Below are positions 47,201-57,755 of a stretch of 64,000 bases of DNA, in pieces (the first letter of the stretch is position 1; every line of letters starts with the position of its first letter). The stretch lies in NCBI RefSeq assembly GCF_021869535.1, contig NW_026262637.1, forward strand, positions 16,182,001 to 16,246,000, written 5' to 3'. This DNA comes from Mytilus californianus (lineage: Eukaryota). The notes under the pieces were generated by a model. That model saw only the letters and a program-made list of their open reading frames with translations. It was not told the origin of the DNA and did not search any database. The position numbers were made by a program, and so were the translations under genes.

Positions 47201-50200
47201 CCTATAAGTGAATCAATATTAAAGCCAAAATATGCAATCTTTAATGACCTGAATTTAACTATACAAGTGTATTTTATTTACTTGTATAGTTTAATTATTT
47301 TAATGGAATAGTTATGTCCCTTAGACATTCAGATTTTAAAAAGTCATACTATCTTCTTTTCTTGAATTTCTCAAGACTTCTTTGCTCTAATAGAATTTTC
47401 AATTGTCTGGCCTTTGCAGATGTCTTTACTTATCACTTAAGTGTAATTTCATGGACAATGAAAATCTCATTTGTCTGTTATCTTCCAAACACTGCTCATT
47501 TACAAGCCTCCAGGGGGCAATTTTTGAAGGCCTTATGCAATTACTTGAGATCTTTGTGCAATTAGTTTCAATTGTTGAATTAATGAAATGAAACATTGAA
47601 CTCTAATGAAAAATTATGAGCTAACCAGAGAAAAATTGTTTAAGGCATGTTTTCACATCCAAAACTTGAGAATTTTAGGGACTGTAAAAAAAAAATTAGT
47701 AAATTTTTTGAGAAAATTAAGGGGAGATTATTCAAACCTTATAAGAAAATATGAATATAACAAATTTACTTATACAAGTATATTATTATTCAGGTAAATA
47801 AAAATAACTTGTACAAGTAGTAACCCTGACTGACATATAAAATCTTAATACAGTACAAACTAAATATCACATTGTTATTTTTGAAAGTGATGTTGTTTAT
47901 AGAGTTTGTAAGAACCATGCATGTAATCTTATTGATCAGTTGAAAAATAAATGGGGAATGTGTCCATGGGACACAGATGATGCCTCCGCTTGCATATCAT
48001 ATAAAGTTATAAAGGGACATAACTGAAGAACGGTAAAAGTGACCCTACCCAAATTTGTACTTGATCTGAGTTTTGTGGTAATAAGTATTGTGTATAAGTT
48101 TCATAAAATTTGGTTGAGGCAAACTTAAGTTAGAGAACGGAAACTATAAATTCAGCAATTTTTCCATTTGTAAAGGGGCACAACTCTAGAACGGTTAAAG
48201 TGACACCACCAAAATTAAAACTTGATCTGTATTTTGTGGTAATAAGCATTGTGTATAAGTTTCATAACATTTGGTTGAGGCAAACTAAAGTTAGCAGTCA
48301 GGGGACTTATTGAAATAAGTGATTCGAAGTTTTGTCACAAATTGTGATTTTTTAGTTTTACCAAAATTTTATACACATAGGTTTAGATAATATCTTTTCA
48401 TTAGTAAAATTGAAAAAAATGAATTTTTTGCTTCTTTTAAGCAGCAAGGTTTATGCCTTTGATGCAATCATTTAGCTGCAAATTCTATTTTAGTTGAAAA
48501 AATGCTATAAAAATGGCTTTACATAATGAACTGAAACTTTCTTAACAGATTTTTCCCAGCAGTGGGAGTATTTTTCCTGTAAAGTTCATGGTTTCATCTT
48601 ATAGATTATTTAATAAAATTCTACTGTTCGCGATCAAAATTTCACTGTTTGGGGGTGTTGGAATTAGTGGGGGTTATTAAAATAATGATACTTAAAGAAG
48701 TGATTTTTTGGAAGGAAATTGAGGTATGATACTTAAACAAGTGATTTTTATGTCATTATCCTAGATTTAGTACAAGGTCATCACCTGACATGACCCGGTC
48801 ATCTTATCAACACAGATGTTGGTTCTGATAATTTTAGCAACATAATTAGTCCCTGGATCATTAGTATTCTATAGTTAAAGCTACAATAAAATTAAATCAC
48901 TTAGTCTAGTGATTAATTTGTACTACTTAAAAAGGTGATTATTAAAGAAAGACAACTCTTACGTCCAACCTTTATGGACTTAATGTTACTTAAATCAGTG
49001 ATTTAGAAAATCACTCATTTAAGTAAGTCCCCTGACTGGTTAGAGAACGGAAACGAAAAATTCAGCAATTTTTCCATTTGTAAAGGGGCATAACTCTAGA
49101 ACGGTTAAAGTGATGCCACCAAAATTCAAACTTGATCTGTGTTTTGTGGTAATAAGCATTGTGTATAAGTTTCATAACATTTGGTTAAGGCAAACTAAAG
49201 TAGAGAACGGAAACCCACTTTGGGAAGTACATACGTTCGTACAGACGGACAAGGGTAAAACTTAATGCCCCCTCCGCTACGGCGGGGGCATAAAAATATT
49301 TTAAAGGTCATCAATTTAATTAAGCAAAAAGTAAAAGTAAGATAAAGTTGAATATTCCCTTTATCAGTTAAATCATTGGAGATGCACTGCTAATTTTTGA
49401 AAGTTGATATTTCAGTCTGAGAAAACATGGATTATTCATCATGTTTATCAAATGAAACTGAGGTTTTAACTACATGTAGCTTTCAATAATTGTCAGTCAT
49501 GTGTCAGAACTCTTAGATTGTAACTTTATCCGTTGTGTCCAGTTTTCCTGAGGACTTTATAGCATTACCATGGTGCTATTTGAATAGAGTTAAAAATAGA
49601 ATATTTTGTAATTTATTTTATCTTCTAATTGTTATCATGGTTTTAGGGGGTGGCCACGGAGGTGATTGTGCATGCTCCCAAACATGTTACATCCCACTAT
49701 TGTTTATTTGCCTGCAACCTGTAAACCAGTTCATGTAGCATGTGTAGTGTATGTTGATTGACATCTCTGATAATTGTTTTTCCTTTGTTTTAGCATGTAT
49801 AAGATTAATCAGGCTGTTGGTATTGGTGAGTGAATTGTTTCAAATTCTAACATGTCTAACATCCTGAAATTTTATAACTTAATATAGGAATGAGTTTTCT
49901 CATTGTTTAAGGCCTCGTGGTGACATATTGTCTATACATGTAGGTGTTCACATCTTTGTCTACATTATTCTTTTTTTTTGGGGTTCTGAGTCTGGAGCAA
50001 TTTCATGAATTTCCTGATTTGGTTGCCATCAGAATCCGAAAAGGGATTAATCTTTACATCCCAGTACATGTAACAGGTTGGGAAAGATACTCATAAAAGT
50101 GTACTATTGGCATTTATGGGAATTATACAAATTCGGGTATCAATTTACAGTGATAAGAAATCAAATTTTTTATTTCATCAGGATAGCTGTCATGGCGCAA

Positions 50201-51519
50201 ATATTCATATAAATGGCAACATTTTCCCTTTAAGACCCTAATTCAAATGAGAACTGAATACAAAGATAACGGACTCCAAAAATCTTACTTTTTGAAGGCT
50301 GTTAACCTTTATCCTGATGATATTTCAGTCATAGTGTCTTCAGACAAAATGTTGTCCTTTACCCGAATGTTTGTGCCATGACAGAAAATATCTGTAAATC
50401 CAAAGTTTATATTTTTATCACTAAAAATTGATACCAGTTATTTGGTATAATTCCCATAAATGAGCATAGTAGACTACTACTAGTAATGCCTAATGGTGCC
50501 TGGATTTTTTACCATTCTATTCTACCATATAGTGACCGCCTTCAACAAATTGAAGATTATGAGGATCCACCCCAACCTGAGTAACAGGTTGGGCTCGTCA
50601 GGAAAAGTGGGGTATTCCCTGTTTTCAGGGTACACCCCAGTTTTCTGGTGTTAAAAAACCCCAGTAAACAGGGACTTCTTTTTCCTATTCAATTTATGGT
50701 ATGAATTCTACTAAAGCGCACGTACCTTCTACATGTTTTAACAATGCTTTATGATAGCAAGTGTTTTTATTAGTTCAAAAATCCAGCTAATTTCAAGTCT
50801 AATTTGATGCTCAACTCACAACAAAACAATTCCTTTGTTCACCAAATCATACCTTGATCATCAATTATGGGATGACAAAAAGATAACTTAATCACTTGGG
50901 CATTTAAATTCAATGAATAGAAATTTTCAATAGTAGTGAATATAATTCAGTTATGGTCAGTTACACCTGGAGCATGCAGCTTGGTCAATTGACTCCTCAA
51001 CAAAAGATTTGTATGTATTTGAGTTTTAGAAAAAACAAGGCTTCACTTATTCATTTTTTGTTGTTCCTGAAATTCTTTAAGTATTTACAAATACTCCTGA
51101 TGCAGTTAAAACATGCGCTTTTGAAGATTTCATGCTTTAAATTGAAATAGAAAAAGGAAGTCCCTGTAAACTGGGTGTTTTTAACACCAGAAAACTGGGG
51201 TGTTCCCTGAAAACAGGGAATACCCCACTTTTCCTGAATTGTCCCCAACCTGAGTAATATGGGATATTTGTCTCATTGGCAACAATACTATCCCCTTATT
51301 TTTATAAGCGTATAAAGGCATATTGAACACAGTTGTCATTTAAGCTGTTTGGTTGCTGTATCACTGACTGGCATTTACCCCTCATCTCCTTTTACTCATA
51401 TAAGTAAAGATGACATCATAAAAAATTAGTTTTATCTCAACGATTATGTGCCTTGCATTGGCAATTTTTCTTAGATTTGCAAATGAAAACTGACATGTTA
51501 CGATTGGCTTTGCTTCCAT
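23211..51519 (-). CDS. TRAPPC10: Trafficking protein particle complex subunit 10 (1144 aa, 22 coding exons)
   Basis: join complement(51495..51519, 45972..46053, 44795..44927, 44211..44404, 43353..43548, 42729..42840, 41436..41683, 40922..41068, 40269..40392, 39729..39811, 38568..38659, 36118..36258, 34493..34596, 33029..33525, 32637..32778, 32198..32427, 31618..31718, 30309..30432, 28498..28656, 27663..27840, 24721..24834, 23211..23419) = 3435 nt, open throughout. Motifs match recalled vertebrate TRAPPC10: MEAKPIVTCHGDQ, EWRRSYGR, LLPRSSVIDK, QEELAFMFEML..YDELDALFSQ, FRNYLFSRQC, PGALDCW, LREALSS, WAVSGKSAG, AGHLPLP. Intron 12 is AT-AC. Confidence 0.94.
24960..25145. mobile_element. Degenerate Tc1/mariner-like MITE
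   Basis: Imperfect ends ctgtagattcatt / gatgaatccacag. Confidence 0.45.
25330..25512 (-). mobile_element. tRNA-headed SINE fragment (same family as 7428-7770)
   Basis: The reverse complement contains ggattcgatccc (B box), ggtcaaaccaaagac and actggtcggct. Confidence 0.65.
25532..27385. repeat. Tandem macro-repeat with a 766-783 bp period (~2.4 copies) in TRAPPC10 intron 20
   Basis: ctggtgctttcgactggataacc begins at 25532, 26298 and 27081. Copies are near-identical apart from a 17-bp indel between aaatttca direct repeats. Confidence 0.95.
27976..28172. mobile_element. Tc1/mariner-type MITE, TA TSD
   Basis: TA|ctgtaaattcagaaattattgcg ... cgcaataattactgaaattacag|TA. An inverted relative lies at ~45333-45539. 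Confidence 0.8.
29093..29990 (+). mobile_element. Helentron/HINE-like element with internal tandem repeats, TRAPPC10 intron 18
   Basis: acaagag start, repeated aatgaggtcaaggtcaga...gtacaccttacaatca units, and the terminal hairpin gtcgagc..ctgcgac agaa gtcgcag gctcgac. Confidence 0.85.
30085..30355 (-). repeat. 98-bp tandem repeat made of the TRAPPC10 exon 18 3' end plus splice donor (3 copies)
   Basis: aagacctata(a/c)atgctatcaatattca starts at 30085, 30183 and 30281. The last copy spans the real donor at 30307-30308. Confidence 0.8.
34597..36117 (-). other. U12-type (minor spliceosome) AT-AC intron, TRAPPC10 intron 12
   Basis: 5' end ATATCCTTTT (36108-36117), branch site AACCTTGAC (34604-34612) and 3' end AAGAAAC. 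The join gives KNK|FLQTAVYIAS, which aligns with vertebrate EN-YLQTSSLLAS. Confidence 0.88.
34663..35645 (+). mobile_element. Helentron/HINE-like element with ~160-bp tandem core (about 5 copies) inside the U12 intron
   Basis: Repeated tcaaagtcaatagaccatgactgagggg...aatctccatggaaatgagatgtgcc. The subterminal tatgtctcgc is repeated, and the terminal hairpin is gtctcgc...gcgagac. Confidence 0.88.
36955..38619 (-). repeat. 66-bp minisatellite, 25 units, derived from the TRAPPC10 exon 11 3' end plus 5' splice site
   Basis: Minus-strand unit AAGATACAGATGTGCTCGTCTTATAACAAAAGATTTAGCTTTGTTTTATAT|GTAAGTTCTCACAGT. The first unit is the real exon end (GRYRCARLITKDLALFYM). Confidence 0.97.
40515..40960 (-). 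repeat. Degenerate ~52-bp tandem copies of the TRAPPC10 exon 8 3' end plus donor
   Basis: Variants of aaatagaactcttaccttttttctagcatgatcccaaagtgtagctctgt at ~40515-40630 and 40872-40960, split by an insertion at ~40630-40870. Confidence 0.65.
45333..45539. mobile_element. Tc1/mariner-type MITE (relative of 27976-28172)
   Basis: Ends tgtaaactcagaaattgttgcg / cgcaataatttctgaatttacagTA. Confidence 0.7.
46431..47832. mobile_element. CAGTCAGG TIR element (same family as 15673-16383) with a nested retroelement fragment
   Basis: TIRs cagtcaggagtactacttgtacaagttattt / aaataacttgtacaagtagtaaccctgactg. Flanks ACCTA/ACATA (5-bp TSD, one mismatch). The interior matches 15673-16383 in reverse. Confidence 0.88.
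46538..47251 (-). mobile_element. 5'-truncated retroelement 3' portion
   Basis: Reverse-complement match to 54020-54735. Confidence 0.75.
47945..49291 (+). mobile_element. Helentron/HINE-like element with ~165-bp tandem core, interrupted by a TIR element
   Basis: Repeated aaaggggcataactctagaacggttaaagtga...ggtaataagcattgtgtataag, a gacggac microsatellite and the hairpin atgcccc...ggggcat. Confidence 0.85.
48295..49038. mobile_element. CAGTCAGGGG TIR element with perfect 5-bp TSD GTTAG
   Basis: 15-bp TIRs cagtcaggggactta / taagtcccctgactg. GTTAG at 48290-48294 and 49039-49043. Neighbouring host tandem units show the empty site aaagttagagaacgg. Confidence 0.93.
50074..50579. mobile_element. 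CAGGTTGGG TIR element A
   Basis: Ends caggttggg / cccaacctg, subterminal inverted arms (atttatgggaattatac / gtataattcccataaat), flanks TGTAA / AGTAA. Confidence 0.75.
50585..51252. mobile_element. CAGGTTGGG TIR element B with ~115-bp TIRs
   Basis: caggttggg...caggaaaagtggggtattccctgttttcaggg is mirrored at ~51140-51252. TSD AGTAA at 50580-50584 and 51253-51257. Confidence 0.9.
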
Positions 51520-51602
51520 TAAATATATAACATATATGAGGAGATAATTGGTAATCTAGATCTAAACTGTCATAATCCAATCCAACGAAAGTACAAACTT
51601 AA

Positions 51603-51610
51603 CCGGAAGT
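51603..51610. promoter_or_regulatory. ETS/GABP-type CCGGAAGT motif in the probable TRAPPC10 promoter
   Basis: Exact CCGGAAGT 84 bp upstream of the TRAPPC10 ATG (51519). This motif is typical of housekeeping promoters. Function is inferred. Confidence 0.45.
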
Positions 51611-53287
51611 TGATTTGTGGTATTTAAAAAGTAGAATCTATCCGGTTTGGATATGCACATTTTCCGATAGATTTTGTTTCTTATTTTTTTTTACAAAAGA
51701 ATTCATTATAGCTTATCATTCAGTGTGTGACTTTTTATATGAAAATTTATTCATTCATATTATACCTAGTAGTTAAAATTATCATTAGCTTGTTATCCTA
51801 TCATGAATAATAATCAAATATTTTTTTTGTTTATGAATATTATATTTAACCTTGGACTATCATACTATTATGTTCCAGATTTAACTTTCAATGTATTTCA
51901 AAAAAAAGGAAAAAAAAATAAGATACCAAGGCTGTGACAATAAAAATCAATAAAAACAGACAACACAATGGTCAAAATAAAAATTGAAGAAAAGACAAAC
52001 AAAAATAAACAAAAACAAACGTGTTTATTTATTTTTTTTTAATATCAAATCAGGAACATATATATTGATATACTGTTCCCAGATCAAATCAAATATTTTA
52101 ATTTATTATGTAATTAGACTTCTATCATAAAGATAACAGGTTCACAAATATGTTTTTTGTTTATTTGTGCAAGCCTTGAATTACTTTTTTATTTGGCATT
52201 AACCAAATTATTTGGATTAAATAAATATATAACTGATTAATGCTGTTTGCATGAAAAACTGAATCCTACTCTACTTCTGATTGAGAAAAAAAATCACGAT
52301 CATCAGTGGTCATATTTTCAGTGGTGGATGAAAGGTTTTCAAAAATTGGGACACTGAGATTTCCTGCCGGCAAGTTGTGTGTGTGTGTGTTTCTCTAAAT
52401 CATAAATTCCTTCCGATTAAGTGTGCACGTGGCGTACCGTGAAAAAAAATGCATTAGGAATATACATAAGTCATTGGTTGAGGGGCTAGCTATTTTGAGG
52501 TCGAACTCATCTCCTCACGCACATAGTTCGGTCAAACGAGACATTTGTTGTTACTTTATTTCGTGTATAGTCGGCAAAGGTAATGATCTTTGATTACAAA
52601 TGTCTCTTTAGTAAGATAACATGATAAGGATATAAACAACAGAACGAACTAACAAAGATCAGGTATGTTATCAGTGGAATATGGCACTCGAGTTTATTCT
52701 ACAGATAAGCCAAAGCCGAAATTTTTAATTTTGCTGGATACCTCGGTCGACCATGTTTTGGGTGTAATTCAAAAGTATTTAGTATTTGCTCGTAGATGTT
52801 GGCACTGCAAGCACTTTTGGTGCGTAAGAAGTACATCATATTATAAAATATCAACATCTGTATTAGTTTCGTTTAAGGTAAGATAGAAATATATTAGCTG
52901 GCCAAAAGATCTTTTTTCGTTGTAATTATAGATATGATTCAGGACTAAACCATTCTTTTTGTGCTCATTAACATTATATTTTGGCGTAAAAAACCTACCC
53001 GTCTTAACTAAACAAGTTGTGAAATTTATACGAATAATTATGGGATGCACAGAATCTCTTGGGCAACCACTTTACTTGTATGTCTCTACTTTACATTTGT
53101 ATTTATATTTTATGATACAGAAATAATATAATTTTGGAAACTATTTCAAAATAAGTATTACATCTTCCTCATGGCATGCAAAGCTCTGATACCTTGCCCG
53201 GCTTTGGTTATACTATTTTTTTGTTTTTTGTTTGATAAGTTCTTCATTTTTTTTAATAAGTTTGTAATTTTCAAATATTAAGGCCTT

Positions 53288-53333
53288 GAGCATCACTGAG
53301 GGGACATTTATTGTCGAAATGCACATCTGGTGC
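53288..53333 (+). ncRNA. Degenerate minimal type I hammerhead ribozyme motif in an interspersed repeat
   Basis: GCATCA-CTGAGGG-GAC ATTTATT GTC-GAAA-TGCACA-TC-TGGTGC. Stems I and II pair, but core A9 is G. Confidence 0.55.
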
Positions 53334-53427
53334 AGAAAAAATTGGTACCGCTAATGTTATATGTATATTAATTCATTTGTATATATCTATATACCATTGT
53401 ACTTTGGTTTACGGCAATAAAGATATT

Positions 53428-55630
53428 TATGTTACAGTGAATTTGTAAAACGAAGGATTTTTTAAAATACCTGAAATTTCAGGGATTTTGTATAATCACT
53501 GAAATGATCAGTGATTTTATAAAATCTCTGATTTTGACTAGGGATTTTACAAAATCACTGAACAAATTAATATCTTTTTTACAGATTCCCTGATTAAATT
53601 CAGTGAATTTGTAAAAAAAAGATAACTCAATCTTTTTGAGCAAAAAATCTTTTTTAAAACAGTCGACAGCAGTTACACTCAACTAGTTTGAGGTTAATTT
53701 AGCCTTTTATATTAGTGAGCAGTATCAACAAACAACTGACATACTGCAGAAAATGGCTTAGGCACAGATGTGTTTAAATCAAGAGCAAACTTACACACAA
53801 ACGTTACTTCAAATAATTTAGGGAAAATTAAAATGTATAACATATGGAACAGAGAAAAATATGAAGAAATTCTAAAACTTATTGCTAAAAAGCCATAGAA
53901 AGAAGACAACACAAGCTCTTATTATTACCATGTTCGAAAATGTCAGTATTCACCTCAAAAGCTAACAAAACCTTTAAACAGACTTATTAAGAAGGGATAT
54001 AGTTACGATACTGTTGTCAGGTCATTAAAGATTGCATATTTTGGCTTTAATATTAATTCACTTATAGGGTCTTTGCATCGGAATTAAACACATTTATTCT
54101 AAAACCAGTTGTTGGCATGACACTGGTTATGTTCTTCTCATATATTTTATGACGGTATAATACTAAACCCCTAACAGGAGGGATTGTGCCTGATATTCAT
54201 ATGAGGAAGACATAATCTTTTAACCAGTTTAATTGAGGTCTGGAGCAGGCATGTCAGTAACTGCTAGTAGTCTGTTGTTATTTATGTATTATTGTCATTT
54301 TGTTAATTTATTTTCTTTTGTTTCCTATTCTAACATCGGACTCGGACTTCTCTTATACTGAGTTTTACTGTACGTACTGTTGTGCGTTTGTTTTTTCTAC
54401 ATTGGCTAGAGGTATAGGGGGGGGGGGGGTTGAGATCTCAAAAAACATGTTTAACCCCGCCGCATTTTTGCGCCTGTCCCAAGTCAGGAGCCTCTGGCCT
54501 TTGTTAGTCTTGTATCATTTTTAATTTTAGTTTCCTGTGTATAATTTGGAGTTGAGTATGACGCCCATTATCACTGAACTAGTATACATATTTGATTAGG
54601 GGCCAGTTGAGGGACGCCTTCGGGTGCGGGAGTTTCTCGCTGCATTGAAGACCCATTGGTGGCATTCGGCTGTTATCTGCTCTATGGTCGGGCTGTTGTC
54701 TCTTTGACACATTCCCCATTTCCATTCTCAATTTTAAGTTAATGATTTTTATGTAGTGCTTCTGTAATTACTGAAAATTATAAACCACTTATATCAAATT
54801 TTATCATCAAATATATATAAAGACAGTACATGGAGTGATTGCCGTTTTGAGAGGAAAAACACATATGGAAAGAATAAGAAATTGATTGGTTTAGGCTGTG
54901 TGTTCCAGTGGCAAATATTACATGATTATCAGGACGAGAGTATCTTATTGTGACATGAAAATTGATATAAAAAAGCAAATAAGTGTTGTATTATTAATTC
55001 GCAGCCTATAAAAGACATTTATATCCACAAAATAATAAAAGTAAAAAAAAGACAACAGAATATGGGATAGGTATAAGTAAAAATACTTTGATTGGTACTT
55101 GCTTTTCTTACTTTGCATGGTCATATCTCAGATACTGTATTCTATCACAAATTGATACAACTTTAAATAAGTTTCTATACTTTCTCCTCTCTTTAAATCC
55201 AAATCAAATTAAAAGTAAATAATTGTTTAATGTAGGGATGAAGTTCTTCAATGTGGAGATGTAAAACAAATCGTTAAAAAAAACAGTATTCACCAGGGCA
55301 ATTGTGTAACAGTTGATGTCACCTAAACTTATCATGCAAAAGCAAGCAAATTGTAGTCTTAATATCAGTTCATATGCCTATTATTCATAATCACTGTACA
55401 ATAGTTTTAACTAGTATTATTTATTAAAAAGATGTATTGCAAAGTCATTGGTTTATTTGTATTAAGAAAAAAACATTTCTAATATCTAGTTTAAACTTGT
55501 AGTAAGGGATTTTGTAAAATCCCTAGCAATATTTTCAGGGATTTTACAAAATCACTGAAACTATAACTGATTTTATAAAATCACTAATTATTTTACAAAA
55601 TCCCTGATTTTACAAATTCACTGTAACATA
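53428..55630. mobile_element. TIR element with agggattttacaaaatcactga subterminal repeats, containing a retroelement fragment
   Basis: tatgttacagtgaatttgtaaaa (53428) is mirrored by ttttacaaattcactgtaacata (to 55630). The exact end and TSD are ambiguous. Confidence 0.7.
53941..54735 (+). mobile_element. 5'-truncated non-LTR/Penelope-like retroelement: last ~48 codons plus 3' region
   Basis: Open stretch CQYSPQKLTKPLNRLIKKGYSYDTVVRSLKIAYFGFNINSLIGSLHRN* (53941-54087) resembling an RT C-terminus. A second copy is at 46538-47251. The superfamily is inferred. Confidence 0.6.
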
Positions 55631-57260
55631 TACATGTAACGTTATTGGTAAACATAGGCAGTTAATCAAAATAAATATGGGTATAATGGGTTCGCATTAC
55701 ATCTGTGCCTTTGCTCGTATTCGTTGTATAGGTAACACAATTCTTGATAAAAATGAAGAAAAAAATCAACTTCAACTCTGAAAAACAAACAAAATCGATC
55801 ATTGTTTTCGATACTGTTCAAGTCTTATCATTTAGGGAAATATGTAGAAAGTACTATACATATTTATAATACAATCGCACACAAGATTGTATATATTACA
55901 TTTGCGCTTATTCATTTTACAGGTAACAACTAAAGGAACAACACTAGTATTGCTGCTCTTCATCTCAAAATCACTGTGAGACCAATCTCAATAATAAATT
56001 AAAAGAATAACAGGAATTACCAACAAATCTTTGACAGTACGAGAAAAAAGACGTAAATATACAAAATGAAGCAAAGACAACAAAAAGCAAGCAACACATG
56101 GTCAAGATAGATTCAAGTCCATCTGTTATCAACGTTGGGGTTTTACTGTCAAAACATAGAATTAAATGCTACATTTGAAAGACCAGAAACCTTTGTATAA
56201 TCTTCACCAACACGTAAAATAAGTCGTGTAAATTCTGTTTTTTTTTTAAACAGAATTATTTATTTATTTATCTATTCATTTATTTATTCCAGTCATCGTC
56301 GCACTGTCACTATCTGGAAGCGAATAAAGTCTTCATTGAGAAGTATATATATATATATATATAATGTCTAGTCATCGACTAATGTACATGCTGCAGTCAC
56401 TATTTTAATCGTCGTATATCCAACTTTAACTACAATTGAATAGATTTCATATTTGTATGAAATCTAACATTTCGACCACAGTGACACAGGCTTCATATAG
56501 CCATTAAACAATTAATGATTTTTAATAAAATTGTTACTGCTTTTGGACATACAACTCCTCACGTACTAAAGTACAAGTATATATACAACATTGATTTTCA
56601 AATGTTTGGGTTTAAGCGTTATCGGCTTATGCATGTAAATAGAGTAAATCGTGTTGGACGCATGTATCTTTTTTTTTTAACATTTCCAAGGATTAACCAT
56701 ATTGAACAAAATCTCTTAATCGATACATGAAACATTTAACATCACAAAATTGAATCTGAAATTGAGACTGCATTTGGTAATATTATATCCACATTTTATT
56801 TCTTTTTAAAAAAGAATAGAAAGTTAAGAAAAAACATAAATCTGTATAATACATAAATATAAACACAAATAATATACGTTTATATAATATATATATTTGT
56901 TGAAAATTTGAACCACAACAAAGCTTCTGTTTTTTTTTTAAATAAGTAAGATACAACTCGATAAAATAATGACATGATAATTGTGTCCAGTAGCAGTACA
57001 TTGCACTACATATTTCTGATTATATAAGGAAGATGTCCATTTACCCTCGGGCCACCTGAACAATTACTTCCTTTCCGTCCTGAAATAGGAGCATCTATAG
57101 TTAAGAAGGAATATGTGGATATGGAGCAAAGGTTTAGGAATAGCACCATACATTTATTGGAGCCATTCTTAATGGATAGGTACATTATATATTTTTACTA
57201 ACAACTCAATGTTATAAAACTAAGAATATAAAAATGAAAACAACACGTTAAATAATTTCA

Positions 57261-57308
57261 TGCGTCCGAAGCGCTTTTCTAGATTTACCTTCATCAGGAC
57301 GCTCAAAG
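57261..57308 (-). ncRNA. Minimal hammerhead-like motif in an interspersed repeat
   Basis: Minus strand GCGTC-CTGATGA-AGGTAAATCTA-GAAA-AGCGCT-TC-GGACGC. The core is intact, stem III is palindromic and stem II is weak. Confidence 0.5.
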
Positions 57309-57755
57309 CCGAATATTTGAAAGCCGAGAATGATAAGAACCGAAACAATTGAAGAACTATATGACAAAAAAAAATACCTAAAAAACATAGCCAAATCTAT
57401 CTAAGGTCAACTAGCCTGAGGGAGTTGAAACCTTAGTTTCAGAATTACCATTTTTAAAGTAGTAATTGTAATTGTTTACAAATGTTACTCTAAGCATTTT
57501 AAAACATAACATGAACACCATTGGAGTATATTAAATTATTGGGAGCAAAGTTGTCTCTGCTAAGTCATTAAAGTACTTCATGTATTTCTCTTTCAGCTGC
57601 TTATGATCGTTGCAATACTGTTGGAAGCAGTAACAAATCGACTAGCACGACAATCATATGCAAGAATATCAACTGTTGGGAACTATCCATTTATACAGAG
57701 GTTTACTAACACTGATGGAAATATATGATATTAGTACTATGAAAACAAATTAGTC

